A stretch of DNA of 62,112 bases, the filler included, from Collodictyon triciliatum (Eukaryota): NCBI GenBank assembly GCA_043381765.1. It is 3 parts of 3 records of this genome, joined end to end, with 100 filler letters (N's around TTAATTAATTAA, not from the genome) between each part and the next. Parts side by side here need not be neighbours in the genome. Positions count along the whole stretch, not along the records: positions 1 to 28,329 come from JBHJMP010000030.1; 2 more parts are not named here. One strand, 5' to 3'. Shown here piece by piece: positions 13,955 through 25,300 of this stretch. How positions within the stretch are numbered: the first letter of the stretch is position 1; the number at the start of each line of letters is the position of its first letter. Position numbers and translations under genes: made by a program. The notes beneath the pieces are model-generated. The model had not been told where the DNA came from. It was given only the letters and a program-made list of their open reading frames with translations, and searched no databases.

Positions 13955-16499
13955 TGTATGTATGTATGTATGTATGTATGTATGTATGTATGTATGTATG
14001 TATGTATGTATGTATGTATGTATGTATGTATGTATGTATGTATNNNNNNNNNNNNNNNNNNNNNNNNNNNNNNNNNNNNNNNNNNNNNNNNNNNNNNNNN
14101 NNNNNNNNNNNNNNNNNNNNNNNNNNNNNNNNNNNNNNNNNNNGTATGTATGTATGTATGTATGTATGTATGTATGTATGTATGTATGTATGTATGTATG
14201 TATGTATGTATGTATGTATGTATGTATGTATGTATGTATGTATGTATGCCTGCAATTTTGAATATGTCGATGATTATAATGGTTTCTTGTGGATTGTACC
14301 GATATATATATTTTGTTATTTATTACTTATTTATTATTACTAATCATATTTTTCTATTGCTTGTGCATTCTACCCGTACCACTCTGCACTTCAAGAGGGG
14401 CATGATTCGTTTTATGCATGGATGTTTTTCTGCATTGTTCTCTTTCTTGCAATTATCTCCTTGCCCATGTATGCCTCTTTGATAAGTTTGCTTCGGTCAT
14501 TTTCATTCACCAAATTACTTCGCTTCATCAAATATCTTCAAGGTGAACATTTATTTATTTATTATTTATTATTTATTTATTTATTATTTTTCACCTCACA
14601 CTCTCAGGTTGAGCCTCCGACCTGTCAAATTCATATATAGTTAAATTTTAACTTCCTATCGGATAAATGTGAATTTTTATCTAGTCTTAGCAGCCTACCG
14701 GTTTATCCATACCAAGTGGCCATCATTCATGCTTGAGTGGATTCGAGTCATGTGCTTCTCTTCATTTTCCTGGGGAGAACTAACAACACCAGCGTTTGCA
14801 TCTTCTTTCAACGACAGCGTATTAGTCTCCATGGCAGTAGATGTGCTACTACCATATGTCTTTATTGCTGTATTTTCAATGCTCTGGTTCGCCATTTACT
14901 GGACCGAATGTGACCGACCAGTTTCATCGACTTATGCCGTCACGCCTACAGCTGGCTCGTCTCCTCCCCATTCACCTCATGGTTTAACAAAGGGCAACAA
15001 GATTCGCCAAAACATAGCTCTCATCTCTCTCCTAATCCTATCGCTGTCATACCTGAACGCATCCATCAAAACGCTTTTGTTCTTCAAGTGTGAGAGAGGA
15101 CCGCATGACGACTTTTACATGGTGCATTATCCCTGTAAGTAATTATGATGTAGCAACAACCCTCTCTCTCNNNNNNNNNNNNNNNNNNNNNNNNNNNNNN
15201 NNNNNNNNNNNNNNNNNNNNNNNNNNNNNNNNNNNNNNNNNNNNNNNNNNNNNNNNNNNNNNNNNNNNNNNNNNNNNNNNNNNNNNNNNNNNNNNNNNNN
15301 NNNNNNNNNNNNNNNNNNNNNNNNNNNNNNNNNNNNNNNNNNNNNNNNNNNNNNNNNNNNNNNNNNNNNNNNNNNNNNNNNNNNNNNNNNNNNNNNNNNN
15401 NNNNNNNNNNNNNNNNNNNNNNNNNNNNNNNNNNNNNNNNNNNNNNNNNNNNNNNNNNNNNNNNNNNNNNNNNNNNNNNNNNNNNNNNNNNNNNNNNNNN
15501 NNNNNNNNNNNNNNNNNNNNNNNNNNNNNNNNNNNNNNNNNNNNNNNNNNNNNNNNNNNNNNNNNNNNNNNNNNNNNNNNNNNNNNNNNNNNNNNNNNNN
15601 NNNNNNNNNNNNNNNNNNNNNNNNNNNNNNNNNNNNNNNNNNNNNNNNNNNNNNNNNNNNNNNNNNNNNNNNNNNNNNNNNNNNNNNNNNNNNNNNNNNN
15701 NNNNNNNNNNNNNNNNNNNNNNNNNNNNNNNNNNNNNNNNNNNNNNNNNNNNNNNNNNNNNNNNNNNNNNNNNNNNNNNNNNNNNNNNNNNNNNNNNNNN
15801 NNNNNNNNNNNNNNNNNNNNNNNNNNNNNNNNNNNNNNNNNNNNNNNNNNNNNNNNNNNNNNNNNNNNNNNNNNNNNNNNNNNNNNNNNNNNNNNNNNNN
15901 NNNNNNNNNNNNNNNNATGTTCTGTCTGATGAATACATTGCGTGTGATGCCGTATCAAGACCCGGAAGACCTTATTTTCGAGATAGGTGGATTGACCCTA
16001 TCGATTCTCTGGCTGTTGGGTGCCATTTCATTTGCTGACGAGGAGCGCTTCCGGAGCGACGAAAAAATGGGGGCGGAAATCACTCTATGTATTCTTTTGT
16101 TTCTGTGGCACTTTTACATGTCACACAGAGTTATCTTTTCCGATCACTCGTTCTTTGGCTTCCGACCAGACGAAAAGTCCATGTACGCCTCGCACAAGTT
16201 GGGCTTGTTGGTGAGTTATTTGTCTTGAACGTACGGGCCGTTTATATCTTGTGACTAAGGAAAGCCCAGTTTTGCTATATTTGTCACTAAACGAGTATTT
16301 GTATTTGTTCATGCTTCATTGGCAGCCCCTCTTAAAGTACACAAAGACGGATAACGACACCGCCATCAAGCTTTGGGTCGAGGGCGTTTCTGTGCACAAA
16401 GCGCGGCTGTTTGTTTCGCTGCTCTCGAAGTTTGAGATATATGCAACAGAATCCGCGCAGAAGTTTGGAAATCGTCGAATTGAAGATGCACACGCGTAG
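13321..16499 (+). CDS. Signal peptide, cysteine-rich (TNFR/EGF-like) ectodomain and multi-pass membrane region; internal exons probably lost in gap 15171-15916
   Basis: MARCAAPLLLWILICAA signal; CVCDAGFY, CLPCPENAVC, CVDGRTGRLCSEC; hydrophobic exons at 14396-14542, 14684-15134, 15917-16210; terminal exon ends HA-TAG. Confidence 0.75.
13926..14247. repeat. (TATG)n intronic microsatellite with internal gap
   Basis: Direct reading. Confidence 0.95.
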
Positions 16500-17054
16500 C
16501 CTTTCAGATTCGCTTTGGTTCACCTCACGCTCCATTCATTTTTCTTTTCTTTTCTTCTCTTTTGCGAATGAACGAAATCTCTACTTCCTCCCTTTTTTTT
16601 TCTTTTTTTATCCTTTTGTTTGTAATGAAAAAAAAATCAAGACAAAAAAATCAGCGAGAGCTCCTTGAGAGTGGTGATAGTTAGCTCATTTCCCTATTTT
16701 CTGTTTCTCTCTATCTCTCTTCTTTCAGCCAGCAATACTTTTTATTGTAGGAAGTCCAGGTTCTAATGAGAGCATCCAGAAACCAATGGCATGAATATTC
16801 CCCCTTTTCAGTTTGAAGATATTCTGTCCAACTAACTAGATTGCGATTTCTTTTCTTGGCTTTTTTTTTTTTAATATATATATAATTATTATGATGTTCT
16901 ATGGCGATAGGCATCAAACAAGCAACTAACCAAAGAGGAGAGTCGACCAGCATACGGATTGCAAAGTGAATATGACACAAGAAGGTACGCTTTGGGAAGA
17001 TAGATGAAGCGACACTCTCTCGCAAACAGCTATATGCATCACCATCACCATCAA

Positions 17055-20000
17055 TCACTCAATCACTTCGGCCTCTTCAAACTCGTCCTCGTGTGCCTGG
17101 CCATTCGTGGTTGCATATGCGCGCTCCATATCAGCATCAAACATCTGCAACAAATCGAGAAGCCCAGGTGATGCTGCTGCACTCTCTCGTGACGGTTCTG
17201 CTCTCATTTCCTGGCCTATGACACCACAGTCTCTGCTGCTGATTATGTTAGGTGGCATGTCAGTTTTGCTTGGCTTACCACCTGCGCTTGCATTAGTTGC
17301 ACTTGTTGGGTGCTTTGTCTTTGCGCCTGGCTTCGCTCCGAGCGGTGTGGTGTAGTGCGTTGTGCTTACTCCGGAACTTGCTGTCTGTGTCAGGGCCGGC
17401 TTTGCTTTGATAAGAAGTCCGGCCTTGGCCTTGTCCAGCTTTGCCGAAATCTTGCTTTTTGCCTGTGCAGCTGGTGCTTTTCTGGTTGGCTCGGTCCGTT
17501 TGGCAAGAGAGGCCGGTGCGTGCGAGCCAGCTTCTGCTTGTGCATCATTCTGGGATGAGGCTGGTTCATTTTGCGAGATGTCTGAATGTTTTCGTTTCTT
17601 TTGAGCTGGGATGGAGTGTGGCAGTTTGCAGGAGTCTCCCTTGTCACAAAGACCAGTCGTTTGGAATTGTGGGCAGATATACACGTGGTTCAATTTGCAC
17701 GTGTCCCCCTCGTGGCAGTATCCCTGGTTGTGTGTTGATGTTTTTAATGGGAGGGGTTTCCAATATATATATTTAAAATGCTTGTCTGTGAGTGATTGAA
17801 GCTTGCGCTTAATCGCGATGTTTGTTCCTACTTTGAGGAAATTAGGACAGGCTCCAGCATCACTGTTCACTTTTACATGTCGGTAGGGGCATGGGTCTTG
17901 TATGCAAACGCCCTTCAGAAAGTGGATACAAACAGGCATTTTGTCCTGCGAGACTTTATGGGATAACAAGCATTCTTTGTTGTTGCATTCCCCTGTAGTG
18001 ATATCAAGTAGTTCAAGCGAATAAACATGTGCGACTGAATAATCATGACAAAAAAATTGTTGATTTGTATAATGAGTTTTTTTTTTTTACATATATTCTT
18101 CCATGCCATGAAGGAGAGCATAATTCCGCTTTATAAGTGCATGGTGTGAGTACCTTTCAGGAATTTTCGACAAACTGCGACCTTGGTGGGGTCATGGACA
18201 TATTTGCACTTTGGTCCATCTGTGCATTTGCCTAGATATGTTGGAAATGTATACATAGAGGATAAAATTGAAGAAAGCATTAATGAAAGTCATCATACAT
18301 GTCCCTTTATATCACCACAAGTTCGGAAATTTCCTGTCAGCATATGGAACGAAGGTGAATAAAAAAATAGTAAAAATAATATAATCAACTAATCAGGATG
18401 ATAGACAAAGCAAAAAGGAGAAATGCGCAGGTAATATAGTATATGACTTTTTCTTCTTTTTTAACAAGTGCGCAAAAAAAAAAAAAACTAGGATATTTAG
18501 CAGTTCTTTTATATATAATAGACGAAGTGGACATCACAATATCTTTCGTAATATAAATAAATTAATATCCACCGAATCTAGTGAAGAATAGGCATAATTC
18601 ATCCTTCTTTTGTCCGCTTGTTTGTCTAACTTTAAACAAACTTAGCTTCACTTTTTGCCTATGTTTGGTTGTCATTATTTATACTAAAAATGCAACTTAC
18701 TGGTAGATTAGATGGACAAATATTTGATGTTAAAAATCTGATGATAAATATATATATAGGATTATCACCGTTTATCTCCCAACGAAACGTAAATATCAAT
18801 AGATTGTTTTGAAGGGACATGCAAATAATCAATGAAAAGCAATATAAAAATAAGCCAATACTTTGCCAAGGACACTGGATTTACTTGAACAACTTTGATT
18901 AGCTTTTTACCATCGCTAGACTTGATATACTTGACCTTCTCTATTTTCTGTCGTATACTTCTTAGCACATTTTCTGAAACAGGGTTTATCCTTTTTGTCA
19001 TACCTTTGCAAACAAAGAGTAAAAGGTGATATGAGTAAATTAAATAATGATTAAAGTATTACAGCTAATAGAATGAGTGTATGTTGAATAAAGTTCATGG
19101 CTAGAACGGGCATTTCTATAATTCGCTACTTTTGTTAAGTATCAGGGACTTTCCATTGCCGGATTTCTGGTAATCACACCCGCTCAGCTTGATATTTTGA
19201 ATTGAATGACGATTCATTACAGACCGGATGCGTGAACTGTATATAAAAATAAAGTACATATTGATATGCAGCTCCTTCACTCCATAGGAAATGTCAAAAA
19301 AATTCATGACTGAAAAGAAGTACACAGATCAGATGAATAGGGAGGAAAAACATGATTAAGTGAGATGGCAGATAGTCAAAAGTGCAGATGATTGCATACC
19401 CAGTGCGACTTATACCAGTTGGTAAATACTGCTTCGAAAGATGACCTTTGCTTGGTTTTGAGAACAAGTAAGGGTTTGTGTTGTGGTATATGGGATATGC
19501 AGAGTTGTGGAAACTATATCCATAGTGTGGGAAATTGCCAGGGAAGTATCCTCTATGCAAAGGATGCATCGCATTTGCCATCCAACTTTTTTTATTTAGC
19601 GGAGATGATCTTGAGAACCTGGCGACTGGCATGCAAAAATAAAATTATAAGTAGATAGCTTATAAAATATAATTTAATTACCCAGTTATTCTTCTTTTAG
19701 AAACTAAAGGCATCCATAAATTAAAGAGATGACGAGTAAAGATTGAAGGAAAAAGATGAAGCAAATTTTTCTTGAAGAAAAGGAAAGTAATGAGTCATGG
19801 CTGAAGTGCTTTTAAATTGTGGGGCACGATAGTGGAAGCATTCTTGTATGTACCTTGAGGTTTCTTTTCAACTTTGGAAAGTGCGACACCTTTTCTGACG
19901 ATGGCGTTCGCCTTTGGTTTTATAAACTGATTTTCATTTGTGATAGTTGGAGGTATTTGCTGTCCTGTTGATGCTGTCGGAATTATTGTGAGCTTCGTTG

Positions 20001-21181
20001 ATGATGTTTCTTTGATTAGCGAACGGTCGAGGGATGCAGGAGATGAACCCGACAATATTTGATTTGATGTGACTGATTCCTTTTGCTTTATAACCGATGG
20101 GCTTGAGATAACAGGTTTTGCTAGAGACTTTTGCTTTTGCTCATTATCAGCATGTTTCTGTGCTACAGCAATAGGAGACGCCTTTAAAATGGTCAGCTTT
20201 GCTTCGGATATTTGCGCATCGTTCTGTAATTGTGGCTTCTGTGAATTAGCCGTTGGATTCGATACTAGGTTTTTTTCTGGCGCGACGCTTGAAGTAGATG
20301 ACTTGCTCTTTAATGGCGGGCCTGAGTTTGCTGAGTTTGCTTTGTTTATTGTGTTTGCTGATTTTGTTGTGTTTGCTGATTTTGTTGTGTTTGCTGTGTT
20401 TGCTGATTTTGTTGTGTTTGCTTTGTTTGCTGTGTTTGCTTTGTTTGCTGTGTTTGCTTTGTTTGTTGTGTTTGCTGATTTTGTTGTGTTTGTTGTGTTT
20501 GCTGTGTTTGTTGTGTTTGCTGTGTTTGTTGTGTTTGTTGTGTTTGTTGTGTTTGTTGTGTTTGTTGTGTTTGTTGTGTTTGTTGTGTTTGTTGTGTTTG
20601 TTGTGTTTGTTGTGTTTGTTGTGTTTGTTGTGTTTGCTGTGTTCGTTGTGTTTGTTGTGTTTGTTGTGTTTGTTGTGTTTGTTGTGTTTGCTGTGTTCGA
20701 GCTGGTTGACCGGTTCGAGCTTTGTGGTGATGGGTTTGGCTCATGTGAATGTTTGTTCAGCACAAGCGACATATTTGCATGGAATAAGACGGGTGATGTT
20801 TGGTGATGAAATGTCGTTGTCCGTGGCGGTCTCTGGTGGTAGCTACTTCTATATCATCGTCGTTAGTGTTATGGAATCGAACATTACTGGGGCACAATTG
20901 AAATGAAAAGAAAAGAGAAAAAAAGACAAGAAAAGAAAAGAAAAGAAATGAAAAGAAAAGAGAAAAAAAGACAAGAAAAGAAAAGAAAAGAAAAGAAAAG
21001 ATAATCATGAGTAGTCATCTAAAACGATTGGGGCGACTGTGCGCCTGTGGAATGTGCATAGTGAGTTCATGTATGAATGTCTTCGACTGCGGTGTCCATA
21101 CGGTGTTGTTGGGTCTGATGTCGGTTTACTCAGGGTCATGTTTTTATAACCGTGGCGCACAAAAGAGCGGTGCGGATGCAT
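17055..21181 (-). CDS. ZC3H3: Tandem CCCH zinc-finger protein, ZC3H3/Red5-like, with long low-complexity N-terminus; 5' exon structure uncertain
   Basis: Spliced fingers: CKYVHDPTKVAVCRKFLKGECNNKECLLSHKVSQDKMPVCIHFLKGVCIQDPCPYRHVKVNSDAGACPNFLKGYCHEGDTCKLNHVYICPQFQTTGLCDKGDSCKLPH. Confidence 0.75.
20340..20697 (-). repeat. Coding 9-nt tandem repeat (NTT/NTA/NKA/KSA)n in the ZC3H3-like exon
   Basis: gtgtttgtt/gtgtttgct units; frame open within ORF 19795-20772. Confidence 0.9.
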
Positions 21182-21356
21182 CTTCAAAAATGAACTATTT
21201 TACATTTTGTTATTCTTTCATTTTGTTTTTCTTTAAAATTAAGAAGTGAGGTTTATTCTTTTATGCACTCTTGTACCAGTGTTTTACTTCGTGCACTGAT
21301 CAGCCCAAACTCATTTGCATCGTTATAGTCCAGGCAGTCTTGGATTATTTTGGACG

Positions 21357-21857
21357 TTTTTTTTGTTTTTTGTTTTTTGTTTTTTGTTTTTTGTTTTTTG
21401 TTTTTTGTTTTTTGTTTTTTGTTTTTTGTTTTTTGTTTTTTGTTTTTTGTTTTTNNNNNNNNNNNNNNNNNNNNNNNNNNNNNNNNNNNNNNNNNNNNNN
21501 NNNNNNNNNNNNNNNNNNNNNNNNNNNNNNNNNNNNNNNNNNNNNNNNNNNNNNNNNNNNNNNNNNNNNNNNNNNNNNNNNNNNNNNNNNNNNNNNNNNN
21601 NNNNNNNNNNNNNNNNNNNNNNNNNNNNNNNNNNNNNNNNNNNNNNNNNNNNNNNNNNNNNNNNNNNNNNNNNNNNNNNNNNNNNNNNNNNNNNNNNNNN
21701 NNNNNNNNNNNNNNNNNNNNNNNNNNNNNNNNNNNNNNNNNNNNNNNNNNNNNNNNNNNNNNNNNNNNNTTTTTTGTTTGTTTTTGTTTTTTGTTTTTGT
21801 TTTTTGTTTGTTTTTTGTTTTTTTTTCTTGTTTTTGTTTTTTGTTTGTTTTTTGTTT
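21357..21857. repeat. (TTTTTTG)n repeat flanking a gap
   Basis: Direct reading. Confidence 0.9.
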
Positions 21858-22302
21858 GGAAGTATCAAAGCGGTATGGCGAACCAAATTATAAATGTGTC
21901 CCAAATTTCTCGTGAGAATACCAAAAACGTATTATTCCAGTTATAGATTTTTAGAAGAATCATTTAAAGGGCGGTGGCCGGGAGAAGATGCGCACTGCCT
22001 CATCCAAACTCACGAAGTTACTTTTTCTTACAGAACCCAGGATTTCAGCCGCTCAAAGCCACTTCGTCCATCTGATATGGTTAGTATCTGATTCTAGACT
22101 GCATAAGTTTGGAGTTAAAGTGTGGGATTGTCTTTATTCTCATTTTGAAGCCCTTCTGTAAACAAGAAAACCACTTGAGTCCAGTAAAAAAGAGAGTGCA
22201 CGGGGTACAACCTGATTATTTTAAAGAGCTACTTTACCACTTATAATTTTTTATGTGAAAAAATGTAAGAGACATACTTACTCCAAGGCGATGGATATAC
22301 AT

Positions 22303-25300
22303 TTATTCGGTGGAAGTCTTTCTCTTGTAAGCTGATAAAACTTTCCTCCACTCTGCCGCTTTCTCCATGTTTCTCTCGACACCCCACGCATTCTCATAAC
22401 ACTCGACCATCAATAAAGCCTGGAATTTTGTGACTCTGCCTTGCTCGCAAAACTGAATAAAGCTCGCATCGAAAGAAACCGCGCCCATGGAAAGCAGGAG
22501 TAATTTGTTGAATTGGCTCAACCCTGTGACGTTCCTGAGCTGAATCTTTCTGTCCTCGGTTTCCCTCAGAATTTGAATTTGAGCAGTTTCCTTGTCACTG
22601 ATGTTTGCTGCATCAATCAGAGGTATTACGTATCTGACCCTGCTCGAAACGGGTGTAATTTCCATGATACCATGTATTTCGGTGAAAGTTTTGCCTTCAA
22701 GACACGTAGCCTTCGTTTTCTGTGTTGTTTTGATTTGGTTTTCTGCGATTATATTCCAAATACGTACTGCGTTATCTTCACTTGCTGATATTAACCAGTT
22801 TTCATGATTGAGACCTTGGAAACTACAAACACTCCAGACGATGTCTGTGTGACCTTCGAATAATCGAATTTGATGACCTGTTGTCATATCCCAGATACGT
22901 ATTGTGTTATCGCCACTTCCAGAAGCCAACCACTTTTCGCCGTTCGAACCATCAATGCCGCAAACACAGTTGACATATTTCAAATGACCCTGTAAAACTT
23001 CTATTTGGTTTCCTGTAGCTACATCCCAGACGCAAACTGTTTTATCGTTGCTCCCAGAGGCCAACCATTTTTCACCATTCGGTCCTTGGATGCTGCAAAC
23101 ACTTCTTACTGAGCCTGTATGGCCTTTGTATACCTTGATTTGGCTTCCTGTGGCCACATCCCAAATACGTATTGTATTGTCACCGCTTCCAGAAGCCAGC
23201 CATTTTTCGCCATTCGGTCCTTGAATACTGCAAATACTATTCACACCTCCTGCATGTCCTTCTATTACTTTGATTTGGCTTCCTGTGGCCACATCCCAAA
23301 CACGAATTGTTTTATCACTACTCCCAGAGGCCAACCAGTTTTCACCATTCGGTCCTTGAATCCTGCATACGTAATTGATAAACTTTGTGTGTCCTTTTAG
23401 GGTTTTGATAGGGTTTCCTGTGACTAAATCCCAAATGCGTATTGTTTCGTCGTTGCTCCCAGAAGCCAGCCAGCTTTCACCATTCGGTCCTTGGACACTA
23501 CAAACTAAGTTGACATCATTCGTGTGGCCCTCCAGTCTTTTTATTAGTCTCCCTGTGGCTAAATCCCAAATACCTATTGTTTTATCATTACTCGCAGAAA
23601 CCAGCCACTTTTCACCATTTGGTCCCTGAATACCACAAGCACTCATGACCCCATTAGTATGACCTTCCAGCTTTTTATAGAGAATTCCGAACTTCACATT
23701 ATTCATGAGTGAATTATCAAAAGCACAATTACCAAGCATCGAATCTGTGAAATCCACACCATCCAAGTTGGCACCAGTGAGATTTGCATCATCAAGGATT
23801 GAGTTACTAAGATTTGCATGTGGAATTTTGATGTATGATAAATCCATTCCACCAAAAGATACATCCATAAAATTCAAAAGTGTGACAGCATCAGATGCAG
23901 CCTTTGATTTGCTTTCATCGTTCTTTGACATGTAGACAATCCTGAATAATGAAGCAATTATTTGCTCTCGATTCCACTCGCCATCTAATTTTACATCACT
24001 GAGATTTTTACTGATGAGTTCCTTGACCCTGGTAAACTCCACGGGTTCTTTGATGATTTCAATTTCTCTCGAATAGAAAGATATGTGTTCGCATGAGTTT
24101 AATGTTCTGGCGTGAATCCATCCGAGTTTATCGGCAAATCTATCTCTCATGTCAGTCCAAAAGTCAACTGCTTCGTTACTTTGCTTCAGTTCCTTGTAAA
24201 TCTTGTCTGCATTCTCACAAGCCACCCAACAGTCCCAATTTTCATAGGATGAATTTTCTCCATATCTTATAATTGCAGTCTTAAACAAAAGAATGGCTGC
24301 GCAATATTCTTTCTTTTCTTCCAGAAATTTACCTATTGCTGCGCACTGCGATCCATTTCCCAGTGATATGATGGTTTGTGTCTCCTTTCTGATTACAGCA
24401 GCTTTACGAAAATACTCGACAACACGGTCCAACCTGAGTATATTGACCTTACTCAACGAAATATGTTTTTCAGACCATGGCATGGTGGGTACATTAATTT
24501 TCTATTTAATAATTTTATTTTACCTTTTTAACTCAAAATTTGTATTTCCAATATTTTCAAGGGCAGTTGCGTTTTCAACTTCATCAATCTTAAACTCCTT
24601 AGAGCTATAACTTGACCCTTTCAAATATTTACTACAGTCTAGAAGGAAAATATTCGACAATCGTGTCCTTTCGTGAGTCCACCCAAGATTTTCGTTGAAT
24701 CTATCTTTCATTTCAGCCCAAAATTGATATAGATTCTGATAAAGGTTGTTTTCGTAGCAATATTGATTCACATTCTCACACGCAATCCAACAGTCCAAAT
24801 GTTCATAGGTGAAGCCCTCAGCGGACTTGACAGCAGCAGTTTTGTAAAGTTGGACAAATATTTCATGCTCTTTCTTTTCTTTCATAAATCGAGCAATAAT
24901 TTCAATTTGTTGGATTTGATTTAACGACATTACGGTTTTCGTTTGTTCTCTTACAATGGCCGCCTTTTGAAAGCTATCGATCGACTGAGCAAAGCTGAAT
25001 GATATTTCATTATGAATTTATTTTGGGGCTATGCGCTTCCTGAGCAATTTATAAAAATAAAAAAAAACCTTTTCAACTCAAAGTTTGTTTTGCCAATATT
25101 CTCAAGTGAAGTTGAGAAATCAATATGCTTATCTCCCAGTGTCCTTTTTCGAATTTCTAACGTCTTGGCATAAGTCTCTAAGGCTCCTTTGAAACTAAAT
25201 ATTTAAATGTTAAAATAAAAAAAGAAGCATATCGTAGTCATAGTTTCCATTTATTTTTTTCGTGTAAATGTCCTTTTATATTCTCTTTTACCAGATTTGC

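Noticed and set aside
20069-20906. Plus-strand hydrophobic ORFs (VVF/LLC repeats) as membrane proteins
   Set aside because: Antisense shadows of the 9-nt repeat in the minus-strand exon
22745-23672. Regularly spaced repeats as a CRISPR-like array
   Set aside because: They are in-frame 135-nt WD40 coding repeats in a eukaryotic gene
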